A stretch of DNA of 64,000 bases, from positions 64,001-128,000 of the forward strand of contig CAXXYH010000004.1 of assembly GCA_963677925.2 (NCBI GenBank). The letters run 5' to 3'. Both the position numbers and the translations under genes were made by a program. The first letter of the stretch is position 1, and the number at the start of each line of letters is the position of its first letter. This document shows positions 18,498-28,090 of this stretch, one piece after another. Under the pieces are notes generated by a model. That model had not been told where the DNA came from. It saw only the letters and a list, made by a program, of their open reading frames with translations, and did not search any database. This DNA comes from Spirochaetia bacterium. GTDB lineage: Bacteria; Spirochaetota; Spirochaetia; UBA9216.

Positions 18498-19382
18498 ATG
18501 AAAGATTCCCAGATAGACTGCTTTCTTGAAGCGGCAGAACGGCTCAACTTCACCGAAGCTGCGGAAGCCCTTAATCTCTCGCAGTCTGCATTAAGCAGAC
18601 AGATAGCTGCCATGGAAGAAGAACTCGGCTTCCAGCTTTTTTTACGGATAAAAAAACGCATATACCTCTCAGATCCGGGAAAAGTATATCTTGAGGGATT
18701 GAAAAAGATATTAAGCAGCCACTTGGAACTTATTGATAAAGCAAAAATGATGGAACGCAGCATCTCCGGAACCCTGAACATCGGATATCTCGAGGAGCGC
18801 ACCGTAAGTCCGGAAACAGCAGCTGCAGTAGCTGAAATAAGCAGAAAGTATCCCAATATTGATGTTCGGCTTGAGTATTACGGCCTTAAAGAGCTGCTTT
18901 CAAAACTGGAGAACCGGCAGCTTGATATCGGATTTACCCTGGATTTTGATATTGAACGTCATAATCGAATAGGGTTTAAAACACTGAAGAATATTCAAAT
19001 CTATCTTGCAATTCCTGAAAATCATAAAAAGGCCGAAGTGGAGAAGCTGAGTCTTGCAGATTTTGCAGAAGAAACCTTCATAACTATTTCAAAGGATGAG
19101 AGTGATGACATTTTCGATCTGCTCAACAGATCATGTGAAAAAGCGGGGTTTCGACCAAAAGTCAGACTGGCACCTACACTAAGGATGGCAGCTCTCTGGG
19201 TTGAAGCAGGCATGGGCATATCTGCACTTGATGACGGCAACACCATCTGGAATAATCCGAATTTCAAATTCATCAAGGTTCCGGAGATTAAGCAGGCTCG
19301 ATTTCTGGTTGCCTGGAATAAGGAACATCTAAGCCGACTCAGCGCTGTCTTCCTTGATATTCTTTTTTCATCACCGGGATAG
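18498..19382 (+). CDS. LysR family transcriptional regulator
   Basis: LNFTEAAEALNLSQSALSRQIAAMEEELGFQLFLR; start moved to ATG 18498 after GGAG. Confidence 0.93.
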   Translation: MKDSQIDCFLEAAERLNFTEAAEALNLSQSALSRQIAAMEEELGFQLFLRIKKRIYLSDPGKVYLEGLKKILSSHLELIDKAKMMERSISGTLNIGYLEERTVSPETAAAVAEISRKYPNIDVRLEYYGLKELLSKLENRQLDIGFTLDFDIERHNRIGFKTLKNIQIYLAIPENHKKAEVEKLSLADFAEETFITISKDESDDIFDLLNRSCEKAGFRPKVRLAPTLRMAALWVEAGMGISALDDGNTIWNNPNFKFIKVPEIKQARFLVAWNKEHLSRLSAVFLDILFSSPG

Positions 19383-19383
19383 A

Positions 19384-19929
19384 TCAGTTTACAGACACGG
19401 GAAGCCCCAGAATAACCTCAAGAAAATAATCGATATGCGCGTCAAAGGATTCATCCGGATAAAAATCATAATCCTGCCCGAAATTAAGGGTCATTTCAGG
19501 CTGCTGAACTGAAGCGCCGCAAAAAAATCTCTCAGCTTCCGGAGAAGTCAGCCAGGCGGTATAACGGGTCTTGCCTCTGTCACGGTAAATTATTTCGATA
19601 TTATCCGAAGGAATAATTATTCTTTCCGATCCTGCGGTCAGTGTTATCTGCTCCGGGACCGTTCGGAACAAACCGGAAGTATAAAACAGGGAAAAGTTAA
19701 GAATTGTCCTGGGCTCACCAGCCTCGTCTTCAAGCGTGAAATTACGGTAAAGCCAGTCAGCATCGATTTTTAAATAATCTTCAGTACAGCCCCATTCCCT
19801 CTCAGGAAAAAAGTACTGTACTGAATTTTTCCCCAGAAAAAAAACCTCAACATCATCCTCAGGCGTAGATGTACAGGAAAGCAGAATCAGCGGAAGCGCC
19901 GCAAGAACAAGAAGAATTTTCCGGGGCAT
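19384..19929 (-). CDS. Hypothetical lipoprotein
   Basis: Lipobox LILLS-C after a hydrophobic signal. Confidence 0.7.
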   Translation of the reverse strand: MPRKILLVLAALPLILLSCTSTPEDDVEVFFLGKNSVQYFFPEREWGCTEDYLKIDADWLYRNFTLEDEAGEPRTILNFSLFYTSGLFRTVPEQITLTAGSERIIIPSDNIEIIYRDRGKTRYTAWLTSPEAERFFCGASVQQPEMTLNFGQDYDFYPDESFDAHIDYFLEVILGLPVSVN

Positions 19930-19937
19930 AACGTCGT

Positions 19938-20234
19938 TTATTTTCCGGTAACTGTACAGGTAAATTTAGTTCCAAGACCGAAAAGCACAGATTTTGCTTC
20001 GAAATCAACGGTTGATATATTAACAATTCTACCGTCCTGTGCAGCAGCTCTTACACCCGCATCAACATTTCCGAACATTCCAAACCAGATTGTTCCTGAA
20101 GACTGACCAACAAGCGGTCCGATTTCGTTTGAAGTTGCGCCTACCGGCATATTAAGACTTGCACAGGAAAAAAGTGCACCGACAAGCATGAGTAAAACAA
20201 CAGCTTTTAATAAAATTTTCATAGTTTTCTCCAT
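19938..20234 (-). CDS. TRL-like family lipoprotein
   Basis: Lipobox ALFS-C; ATSNEIG..VGQSS...WFG...DAGVRAAAQDG.I..ISTVDF....FG......VTGK pattern. Confidence 0.75.
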   Translation of the reverse strand: MEKTMKILLKAVVLLMLVGALFSCASLNMPVGATSNEIGPLVGQSSGTIWFGMFGNVDAGVRAAAQDGRIVNISTVDFEAKSVLFGLGTKFTCTVTGK

Positions 20235-20262
20235 TCTATATAGGTTTTATATAAACTATAGG

Positions 20263-20300
20263 AAAAAAAAAGGGCACCGTCCATACAGCCGGCACCCCTT
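20263..20300 (-). terminator. Rho-independent terminator
   Basis: Minus strand AGGGUGCCG...CGGUGCCCU stem (with G-U pairs) followed by a long U-run. Confidence 0.7.
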
Positions 20301-20321
20301 CAGTTAAAAAGAAGTTAATTC

Positions 20322-20678
20322 TTATTTAACGCCAACACCGTCAACTTTTACAAGCGGGTAACCGAAACCGATGTAGCTTGCAAGGAAAGCCATGATGTCA
20401 TTTTCCATTGTGATTGTTACATCTTTTACTGCAGTTGCGCCAACTTCTGCCATAGCAGGTTCAACGATTGTGTCGAGCTCTTCGTTAGGAGCCTTGAAAG
20501 AAAGAAGTGATGGGTGAATGAGGTAAACCATTCTTGCTTCAGCTGAAACTTCTCCTACTTCTGTACCCTTTACGTCACCGTAAGCGAGTTTTCCGTTTGT
20601 TGTTGTGAAAGTTGTTGCACATCCTGAAATCATAACGATTGCAAGTACTGCAAGTACTACTAATGCGATCTTTTTCAT
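20322..20678 (-). CDS. Small lipoprotein, TRL/Bor-like fold suspected
   Basis: ATG 20678 after AGGAGG; lipobox MISG-C; GATAVKDVTIT strand and a hydrophobic hairpin. Confidence 0.75.
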   Translation of the reverse strand: MKKIALVVLAVLAIVMISGCATTFTTTNGKLAYGDVKGTEVGEVSAEARMVYLIHPSLLSFKAPNEELDTIVEPAMAEVGATAVKDVTITMENDIMAFLASYIGFGYPLVKVDGVGVK

Positions 20679-20688
20679 TAAGATCCTC

Positions 20689-21165
20689 CTATCTATTTTT
20701 TTCGAGGAACACGCCCCCCGAATATTCCAAACGTAATGCAAAGGATTCTATGTGATTGTAAAGCAGAGTTACTGCAAGCCCGTGAAGAGGCGGAAATGAT
20801 ACCCCGCTGGTCAAATACACATCGTATCCAAAGCCCTGATTTATAGTATATGTACCAAGAGCTCCTACCGAAAGATGAAAGAGTCTCTGATTTATAACTG
20901 AACTGGGAATAAGTATAAGATACCTTTCAAGTCCAAGTCCGAATTCTGTAGTTGTTTTAAAGTCGCTCTGAACAAGAGCTGAAAAGCCTGTAAAAAAATC
21001 CATGGGAGCATAAAGAAGGCTGAGCCCGAACATACCGGGATCTTCACTGTGGGCAAAAGTATAAGTCCACCCTAAACCAAGGAGGTCTCTTTCCTTGTAA
21101 TCATATGAGTATACGCTGACAGTTATTATTAGAAGCAGAAGAAACAAAAATACTCTTTTATTCAT
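20689..21165 (-). CDS. Secreted protein, probable small outer-membrane beta-barrel
   Basis: Signal peptide (VYS|Y); alternating G/aromatic strands LGLGWTY, FGLSLLY, FGLGLERY, LSVGALGTY, YDVYLTSGVSF, LRLEYSGGVF. Confidence 0.6.
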   Translation of the reverse strand: MNKRVFLFLLLLIITVSVYSYDYKERDLLGLGWTYTFAHSEDPGMFGLSLLYAPMDFFTGFSALVQSDFKTTTEFGLGLERYLILIPSSVINQRLFHLSVGALGTYTINQGFGYDVYLTSGVSFPPLHGLAVTLLYNHIESFALRLEYSGGVFLEKNR

Positions 21166-21367
21166 AAATGTCCACATAAAATAATATCTACAAAGTTAAT
21201 CATATTGCAAAAAGTGTCAACAAATAAACTGAAATTTAATTAGAAAATAACCGTTTTGATAATAAATAGCATAACGTATTCAATATCGAAAATCCAATTT
21301 TTCAGTGCAAAAAGTGAAATTTCCTGACTGTTAGAGTATCGGACATTAGCCTTTGAGAATCAACTTT

Positions 21368-21754
21368 TTATTTGAAAGATATGACCGTCCCTGACACAAA
21401 AGCAGTAGCAGGAGAAATTATATTACCTGTTATTGTCGCCAGCAGTATGTCTGCAGGCTGAGCCTTATATTCTATGGTCAGATCAATGGCGGCATCTCCA
21501 TTCCTGGATGCAATTTCCTCCTGCACCGCGTCGTATATGGCATCATCCATTTTGGTTGCCGACAGGTTTCCGAAATTCGCACCTCCCGGCGCACCAAGAA
21601 GTTCAAGAACTTTAACCTCGACCTCAAATTCACCAAGGACATCAAACCTGGGCAGATTTTTTGAAACCTGCGCACCCGAGAATCTGAAAGTAGTACAGGA
21701 TGAAAATAATACAGCCGATAAAGCCAGCAGCAGAAACAGCTTTTTCATATTCAT
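21368..21754 (-). CDS. Small lipoprotein, probable paralog of 20322..20678
   Basis: Lipobox LFSS-C; VLGEFEVEV, GDAAIDLTIEY, hydrophobic hairpin, terminal VSGTVI. Confidence 0.75.
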   Translation of the reverse strand: MNMKKLFLLLALSAVLFSSCTTFRFSGAQVSKNLPRFDVLGEFEVEVKVLELLGAPGGANFGNLSATKMDDAIYDAVQEEIASRNGDAAIDLTIEYKAQPADILLATITGNIISPATAFVSGTVISFK

Positions 21755-21795
21755 TTCAATCCTCCCGATAACCTTTCCTTCCTATAAGTTTATTA

Positions 21796-22425
21796 TTATT
21801 CACCCGGAGTTTCCATGCCTATCATTAAAAAACCGCTGAAGGCTGCATTATCAACCTGCAGCTCGGCAGAAACCAGAGATTTCATCTGAATAAACCGGCT
21901 GCGGTAATTATCGTAAAATTCCCAATCCGGTTTGGTGACATACTTCAGGTCCTCCAGCTCATAATATGAGATAACTCTCTTTACAGTTGTCGGCTTTATC
22001 AGTACATCTCTTCCCGGATTATAATAAAGACCGCAGACCGTCACAACCGGCCATTTGGCCATACCGAAACGCTCCAGAAATCCGCTGATTATTCTGAATC
22101 CGGAATCCTGCTTTCCATGAAGGTATTCAAACATCCCGTCAACGAGTTCTGCGGCTTCGTGCACATTCATATCTTTAAGAAGATCTCTAAGGCGCATTTT
22201 TTCGAATACCGAAACAAGGGAGGACTGCATTATTATCTTTTTAACAGATTCAAAAACTGTACTGCGGTCTTCAAAGGCTTCAGCCGAAAGCAGGTCTGCA
22301 GCCCGGGCCTGCATTTTTTCAATATTATGTTTTTTCATAATTACCTGCATTTCACTATCGTTAAATCCTTCAGGATACCTTGAATAAAAGATCTTCTGTG
22401 CAAGAACAAGTCTTTCTCTGTTCAT
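21796..22425 (-). CDS. Conserved hypothetical protein
   Basis: 209-aa ORF with a GGGGG SD; motifs YPEGF.D, SSLVSVFEK, LIKPTTVK, DNAAFSGFLM. Confidence 0.7.
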   Translation of the reverse strand: MNRERLVLAQKIFYSRYPEGFNDSEMQVIMKKHNIEKMQARAADLLSAEAFEDRSTVFESVKKIIMQSSLVSVFEKMRLRDLLKDMNVHEAAELVDGMFEYLHGKQDSGFRIISGFLERFGMAKWPVVTVCGLYYNPGRDVLIKPTTVKRVISYYELEDLKYVTKPDWEFYDNYRSRFIQMKSLVSAELQVDNAAFSGFLMIGMETPGE

Positions 22426-22501
22426 TACTGCCCCCGGTTAAATATGCTTTCATTGTTTTATGAAGTCAAGCTTGGAAATAATGTTAATTTTTCATTCTTG
22501 C

Positions 22502-22530
22502 TTGACTTTTTATGTCGCACGCGATATATT
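22502..22530 (+). promoter_or_regulatory. sigma70 promoter of gpx with an overlapping imperfect palindrome (putative MarR/OhrR operator)
   Basis: TTGACT-17-TATATT; TATGTCGC-AC-GCGATATA at 22511-22528. Confidence 0.6.
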
Positions 22531-22561
22531 CACAGTAGATATATTATTCCAGGAGTCAGTA

Positions 22562-23053
22562 ATGAACAATGATTTTTACAGCCTGAAAGCAAAGGGCATA
22601 GACGGAAAAGAAAAAGTACTTGAAGAATACAGGGGCAAGGTAGTCCTTATTGTAAACACTGCCAGTAAATGCGGATTCACACCGCAGTATAAGTCACTTC
22701 AGGAGCTGTACGAGAAGTATAAGGATTCCGGACTGGAAATTCTCGGTTTTCCCTGTGATCAGTTTGCGCATCAGGAACCTGGAGATGATAATGACATCAA
22801 ACAGTTCTGCAGCCTGAATTTCGGTGTCAACTTTCCGCTGTTCAGCAAGGTAAACGTAAACGGCGAGGAAGCCCATCCGGTTTTCAAGTATCTGCGAAAA
22901 CAACTGCCCGGAGCTATCGGTGACAGTGTTAAATGGAATTTTACCAAATTTTTGATTGACCGGAATGGTAATCCTGTTAAAAGGTTTTCTCCGACTACAG
23001 ATCCACTTAAATTAGCCGGCAAAGTAGAGTCGCTTCTGGCAGAGTCCGCCTGA
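22562..23053 (+). CDS. Glutathione peroxidase family (Cys-type)
   Basis: VNTASKCGFTPQY, LGFPCDQF, VKWNFTKFL; start moved to ATG 22562 after AGGAG. Confidence 0.95.
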   Translation: MNNDFYSLKAKGIDGKEKVLEEYRGKVVLIVNTASKCGFTPQYKSLQELYEKYKDSGLEILGFPCDQFAHQEPGDDNDIKQFCSLNFGVNFPLFSKVNVNGEEAHPVFKYLRKQLPGAIGDSVKWNFTKFLIDRNGNPVKRFSPTTDPLKLAGKVESLLAESA

Positions 23054-23092
23054 GTATTGCAGGCAGGCTCAAAATAAAGTATTTTTGGTGTA

Positions 23093-23542
23093 ATGGCATT
23101 CGAACAACTAAAACTTGAAAATCAGATATGCTTCCCGGTTTATGCAGCTTCAAGACTTATAACAAGGGCATACCAACCGCATCTGGATGCTCTTGGAATT
23201 ACCTATCCCCAGTATCTGGTAATGATGGTGCTCTGGGAAACAGACGGGCTGCCTGTAAACGATATTGCGGAAAAACTGATACTTAATACTAATACGATCA
23301 CTCCGCTGCTGAAACGTATGGAGCAGAATGAGCTGTTAATAAGGAAACGCTCAGCAGAAGATGAAAGAAAAGTCATTGTAAGTCTTACCGAAAAGGGGAG
23401 AGTTCTGCGCGAAAAAGCAGCTGATATTCCAGCCAAACTGGTAGGAGATATTGGAAACGGGGACATCCGGGTTGAAGATATAGTCTCAATGAAACAAACC
23501 CTCTTAAAACTTATTCAGTCCCTTTCGGAGGCTGAGTCTTGA
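23093..23542 (+). CDS. MarR family regulator, OhrR-like
   Basis: LKLENQICFPVYAASR (conserved sensor Cys), ITYPQYLVMMVLWE, TITPLLKRME, DERKV. Confidence 0.9.
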   Translation: MAFEQLKLENQICFPVYAASRLITRAYQPHLDALGITYPQYLVMMVLWETDGLPVNDIAEKLILNTNTITPLLKRMEQNELLIRKRSAEDERKVIVSLTEKGRVLREKAADIPAKLVGDIGNGDIRVEDIVSMKQTLLKLIQSLSEAES

Positions 23543-24075
23543 GACTTTTCTTTGCGGTAAATCCGGGTCCTGTGATTAACAGGCAGCTCACTGAACTGCA
23601 GAACAGTCTGCGGGAGCACCATGCACAGGGGAAATACACAGATATAGTAAACCTTCATATAACCCTCCATTTCATAGGAGAAGCGAATCCTGAACAGATT
23701 CCGGAGTTTAAAGCCGTACTTGAGAAAGCAGCCCTTTTATTCCCGGCCTTTACAATCCGCCTGAGCTCCTTCGGCTCTTTCAGGCAGGGAAAAGAGGATC
23801 TCATCTATGCAAAAGTTAAAAGCAGTCGCGATTCACTTACATCCATATCTGATTTTATTAGAAAAAACTGTGCAGTCGGTGATTTTAAACCGATGAAGCC
23901 GCACATCACACTTATACGAAGATGCCGGATCAGCTACAGCACTCTTAAAATTTTAAAGAAAACAAGATTTGATCTGCCCTCCGAAAACATAACTTCGCTT
24001 TATCTCATGGAAAGCCGGAAAGTTGATGGTAAACTGAAATATATTCCTGTCGCTGAGGTACCGCTTAAAGCCTGA
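23539..24075 (+). CDS. thpR: RNA 2',3'-cyclic phosphodiesterase (2H phosphoesterase)
   Basis: MRLFFAV, two HITL motifs, LMES. Confidence 0.88.
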   Translation: MRLFFAVNPGPVINRQLTELQNSLREHHAQGKYTDIVNLHITLHFIGEANPEQIPEFKAVLEKAALLFPAFTIRLSSFGSFRQGKEDLIYAKVKSSRDSLTSISDFIRKNCAVGDFKPMKPHITLIRRCRISYSTLKILKKTRFDLPSENITSLYLMESRKVDGKLKYIPVAEVPLKA

Positions 24076-24077
24076 GG

Positions 24078-24641
24078 CTATAAGGTAGCCGGCGTATCTA
24101 TCCAGAGAGCCTTGGTAAGTTCACAGGATTTATTCCTGAAACTGTGAGGAACTGTTGAATTGAAGTACAGGCTGTCGCCTTTTTCCAGATTATATATCTC
24201 ACCGCCGAGTTCAATCTCAAGGCAGCCTTCGATAATATACACAAACTCCTGACCGAAATGCTGATACTGTTTTTTACCTGAGCTTGCTCCGGCTTCAAGT
24301 TCATACAGGATCGGCTGAATCTGCTTATAGGTTTCTGATTTAGTGAGCATATTCATCACTATGCCGTCGGCATAAATTACTGTTTTCTGCTCATCTTCCT
24401 TAACCATCGGTCCGGGTTCAGGGCTGTGATCATCAAGAAGGGTATTTATACTTGTATCCAGATATTCAGCTATACTTATCAAGGTGGAAAGAGAAGGCTG
24501 GGTCTTTCCGTTTTCAACCTGGGAGATGAAACTTTTTGATACTCCGGTATTGGCCGCAATATCCTGAAGCGAAATCCCGCGTTTTTTCCTTAATTTGCGG
24601 ATATTAGCGCCTAAGATCCGCTCCGGTTGTTCTTTTCCCAT
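24078..24641 (-). CDS. XRE family HTH regulator with cupin domain
   Basis: VSKSFISQVENGKTQPSLSTL; HFGQEFVYIIEG; GDSLYFNSTVPHSFRN. Confidence 0.9.
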   Translation of the reverse strand: MGKEQPERILGANIRKLRKKRGISLQDIAANTGVSKSFISQVENGKTQPSLSTLISIAEYLDTSINTLLDDHSPEPGPMVKEDEQKTVIYADGIVMNMLTKSETYKQIQPILYELEAGASSGKKQYQHFGQEFVYIIEGCLEIELGGEIYNLEKGDSLYFNSTVPHSFRNKSCELTKALWIDTPATL

Positions 24642-24755
24642 TACTTTACCTGCTGCTATACTGATATTTCTTTATTGATTATAACTCCTATGGGATTTTT
24701 AGTCATGAGAAAACTTTGATTTCGTTGAAAGTCTGAACAATTAATATATACTTAA

Positions 24756-25982
24756 ATGATGAAAATATTCAGCGAACAATTTAAAACCGGACTGCATTTC
24801 AAGGATATTAAAACTGAAACAGAATTCAGGCGTTCGCTCAATAGCCCGGAACAGTTCCGGATGATAATAATAATTGGAGCAGCTTTGTTCACAGCATATC
24901 TGCCGCTCGATTTTCTGCTTTTCGGAGAACTATTCAAATCATTTCTGATTATCCGTCTTGGAATATTCCTTCCTTACTGTCTGGCAGCTTATTTACTGAC
25001 CTATGCAGTGTATTTTAAGAATCATCCTCTTTTACTGATTATATTACTGGCTCTGATTTCATCCGGAGCCGTCATTGCAATGGAATACCTCGCACGGGAA
25101 AGCGAGTATGCAGGACTTTACTTTTACGGGATAACTCAAATCCTTATTTTCTTTTTCGGAACAGGAAAAATTCCCATCAAACCGGCGGCAATAACAGGTT
25201 TGATTGTTGTTATTTCAGCAATAATTGTGGACAGCGTTTTTGTTGTTGACGATCCGATCCGAAGTCTGGTTAAAATAATCTATCTGGTCACAATGCTGTT
25301 AATCGGCATCCTGGCAACAGCCATAATTCAGGAAGCAAATAGAAAAACCTTTCTGAGTCATAAAAAGGTAGAGGAATTATCATTGACCGATCATCTTACA
25401 GGTCTTAAAAACAGGCTTTTCTTTGACAGTATAATCAAGCCGGAGATTATAGATTTTATTAAATTCACAGGTACTGCAGGTTCAGAGCCTGTCCAGCGAA
25501 CTGCAGACAGCTGTGCAAACGACTGTTATGCTCTTTTACTTCTGGATCTCGACCACTTTAAGAAAGTTAACGATACATATGGTCATGACATCGGAGATAT
25601 AGTACTGCAGGAGTTCAGTACGAAGTTAAAGGCTATTATAAGGTCCAACGATATCCTGATACGCTGGGGAGGAGAGGAGTTTTTGCTGCTTCTGCGGCAT
25701 ACCCGGGAAGAATTTATCAAAGACTTCGTTAAGCGTTTAAGGGAAAAAATCTCGGATATTCCATTTGAAGCCGGCGGTAAAAACATTAAGGTAACCATTT
25801 CAGGCGGAGTATTCACGGTACAGCCGCATACTTCAGCAGAATTCTCCGAGATTGAGAATATTATCAGTCTGGCAGACACTGCTCTTTACTACTCCAAGGA
25901 AAACGGAAGAAATATGTTCACTTCAGTAAAATGCAGCAACCTTGCTGTCGGGGAAGCGGAAGAACTCAAAAGAATAGGATAG
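24756..25982 (+). CDS. Membrane-anchored diguanylate cyclase (GGDEF)
   Basis: About 6 TM helices; TDHLTGLKNR, DLDHFKKVNDTYGH, RSND I-site, RWGGEEF, ADTALYYSKENGRN. Confidence 0.92.
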   Translation: MMKIFSEQFKTGLHFKDIKTETEFRRSLNSPEQFRMIIIIGAALFTAYLPLDFLLFGELFKSFLIIRLGIFLPYCLAAYLLTYAVYFKNHPLLLIILLALISSGAVIAMEYLARESEYAGLYFYGITQILIFFFGTGKIPIKPAAITGLIVVISAIIVDSVFVVDDPIRSLVKIIYLVTMLLIGILATAIIQEANRKTFLSHKKVEELSLTDHLTGLKNRLFFDSIIKPEIIDFIKFTGTAGSEPVQRTADSCANDCYALLLLDLDHFKKVNDTYGHDIGDIVLQEFSTKLKAIIRSNDILIRWGGEEFLLLLRHTREEFIKDFVKRLREKISDIPFEAGGKNIKVTISGGVFTVQPHTSAEFSEIENIISLADTALYYSKENGRNMFTSVKCSNLAVGEAEELKRIG

Positions 25983-26037
25983 AAGCCCCGATTCCCTCCT
26001 TTACCCGTAATTCCAATTCGGGTATTATCGGTAAATA

Positions 26038-26742
26038 ATGAAGTCGTTAAAAACTTTTCCTCATGCACTGAAAGCCTCGGCACCTGTATTCTTCGGATAC
26101 ATTTCAATCGGCTTTGCATACGGCTTTCTCCTTGTAAAATCGGGCCTGCAGTGGTACTGGGCACCAATCATGAGCCTTACTATCTTCGCCGGCGCAGCCC
26201 AGTTCATGGCCATCAGCCTGATAACAAGCGGGGCGGGTCTTTTTGAGATGGGACTTGCAATCTTTCTTCTGAATGCTAGACACATGGTCTACGGTTTCTC
26301 ACTTTTAGAACGGTTTGCACCTTTTAAAAGATTTAAAAAGTATCTGATTTTCGGTCTAACCGACGAAACGTACGCACTGTTCACAACAATAACCCCGCCT
26401 GAAGATACCGATCCTGAGAGGTTTGATTTCTATATCACAGCGCTCAATCAGGGTTACTGGACGCTGGGAGGACTGCTGGGAGCGGCATTCGGATCAGTAA
26501 TCAGCTGGAATGCTCCGGGACTTGATTTTGCACTTACTGCACTTTTCATCGTACTGATGATAGAACAGATAAAGACGCTGAGGCGGCCGGGGCCATTTAT
26601 CCTTGCAGGGGCGGCAGTGATTCTGCTGATAGTTCTGGGATTCAGGGACCAGGCACTTCTTTTCGGAATTATCACAAGCTCAATCGGATGCTTTTTTATG
26701 AAAAAAAAGCCGGTAAAAAGCAGAGAGGCCGCAGATGTATAG
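26038..26742 (+). CDS. azlC: AzlC family branched-chain amino acid exporter permease
   Basis: FAGAAQF, LLNARHMVYG, LTDETYA, GLDFALTALF. Confidence 0.9.
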   Translation: MKSLKTFPHALKASAPVFFGYISIGFAYGFLLVKSGLQWYWAPIMSLTIFAGAAQFMAISLITSGAGLFEMGLAIFLLNARHMVYGFSLLERFAPFKRFKKYLIFGLTDETYALFTTITPPEDTDPERFDFYITALNQGYWTLGGLLGAAFGSVISWNAPGLDFALTALFIVLMIEQIKTLRRPGPFILAGAAVILLIVLGFRDQALLFGIITSSIGCFFMKKKPVKSREAADV

Positions 26743-27049
26743 AATAATTATTGCAATTGCAGTTATGACTGCGGCAACCCAGTTTACAAGAGCCTTTCCC
26801 TTCCTTCTCTTCTCAAAGCGGAAGCCGCCGCAGTGGCTGCTTTCCGGGGCAAGGTTGATTCCGGGAGCTGTAATGACGGTTCTTGTACTGACAAGTCTGC
26901 CGCTAAATGGCGGACTGTTATCCGACGGCAGCTGGATGCCCTGGGTCGGTGCAGCCGCTGTCACTGTTCTGCATCTTCTTTTCAGACATCCGCTGGTAAG
27001 TATATTTGGAGGAACAGCAGTCTATATGCTGCTGCTGAATTTCTTATAA
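26735..27049 (+). CDS. azlD: AzlD family protein
   Basis: TQFTRAFPFLLF, LVSIFGGTAVYM; overlaps the azlC stop. Confidence 0.85.
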   Translation: MYRIIIAIAVMTAATQFTRAFPFLLFSKRKPPQWLLSGARLIPGAVMTVLVLTSLPLNGGLLSDGSWMPWVGAAAVTVLHLLFRHPLVSIFGGTAVYMLLLNFL

Positions 27050-27094
27050 ATAAAGAGAAATAGTCAGACCGGCAGACCCGGTTTTATTCCGGAC

Positions 27095-27580
27095 TCAGGC
27101 GCCGCAGCATTTCTTGTATTTCTTTCCGCTGCCGCAGGGACAGGGATCGTTTCTGCCTACCTTGGGAGAATCGCGTACGACCGTTGCAGAGGGTGTATAT
27201 CCGTCATTGAAAAACCATTTCCCGTCAACCCTGTTAAAAGTACTCACTTCATGATGATCGTAGTCAGTGCCGTCCTGCCTGAATTTAGCGATAAACTCAA
27301 CAATACCCGTCTCATCACCGGACTGCCCCTGCTCTGTTCTTAAAATTTCAAGTCCAAGCCATTCGGACTCACGAGCCCATTTTTCAGTTTCTTTGATATC
27401 AAGCCTGTTCCGGCGTTCCTGACTGTGTGTAGCCTCTATAAAATCAATTTCCTGCTTAACATAGGCAGTATATCTTGCCCTCATCAGTGCTTCCGCCGTA
27501 GGGGCTGAAGACTTTCCTTTTATATACGGTTCACAGCAGGCTGTGTAATTTTTTCCGCTTCCGCAGGGACATCCGCTCAT
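27095..27580 (-). CDS. ychJ: YchJ family protein with SEC-C motifs
   Basis: [50 protein letters not shown]. Confidence 0.92.
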   Translation of the reverse strand: MSGCPCGSGKNYTACCEPYIKGKSSAPTAEALMRARYTAYVKQEIDFIEATHSQERRNRLDIKETEKWARESEWLGLEILRTEQGQSGDETGIVEFIAKFRQDGTDYDHHEVSTFNRVDGKWFFNDGYTPSATVVRDSPKVGRNDPCPCGSGKKYKKCCGA

Positions 27581-27603
27581 ATAATCTCCTGAAAAAATAT
27601 ATA

Positions 27604-27960
27604 CTAAAAATTAAAAATACCTGTCATGCCATTTATAGCATGAAGAACGGCAATGATCAAAATTATTATACCGAGTAATCGATGTGATTTAAATTTAATT
27701 ATTTTTTTTCTCCATAAAATCGTATTCAATAAAATAATTATAAAAAGCAAAGTACCTGTTAAAAGATTAAATCTTGAATAGGGAAAATATTTAATCCAGG
27801 TAAAAACACCATGTGCGCCCGCACCGAAAAGCACAAGATATCCAAGGATTTTATGAAAGATCATTTTAACTTTTATTATCCTCATGCCAAGCAATACAGA
27901 TAATACAATCGCTACAAACAAACATATTCCCGCAATCGGAACCAATAATGTGTATAACAT
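27604..27960 (-). CDS. Small 4-TM membrane protein with two H-x13-H motifs (possible heme b binding)
   Basis: FHKILG...AHG and SHRLLG...LHA in two repeated helical hairpins; visibly AT-rich. Confidence 0.6.
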   Translation of the reverse strand: MLYTLLVPIAGICLFVAIVLSVLLGMRIIKVKMIFHKILGYLVLFGAGAHGVFTWIKYFPYSRFNLLTGTLLFIIILLNTILWRKKIIKFKSHRLLGIIILIIAVLHAINGMTGIFNF

Positions 27961-28012
27961 GGTCTGATTATAGCTTATTTACCGCTGATAATCAAAATAT
28001 CGTTGAAATTTG

Positions 28013-28068
28013 TTGACAGACATGTTTGAAAGAACTATAGTTTTATTGTACTAATGTTTTAATACAAT
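28013..28068 (+). promoter_or_regulatory. sigma70 promoter plus YtrA/GntR-type operator
   Basis: TTGACA (28013)-17-TATAGT (28036), followed by the inverted repeat ATTGTACTAA-TGTT-TTAATACAAT (28045-28068). Confidence 0.75.
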
Positions 28069-28090
28069 TTTTTACTAACGGGGAAAAAAG

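Noticed and set aside
21166-21367. AT-rich 200-bp intergenic region as a possible ncRNA or riboswitch
   Set aside because: No stable stem or known riboswitch motif visible; consistent with a promoter region.
22562-23053. Possible selenoprotein glutathione peroxidase
   Set aside because: The active-site codon is TGC (Cys) and there is no in-frame TGA.
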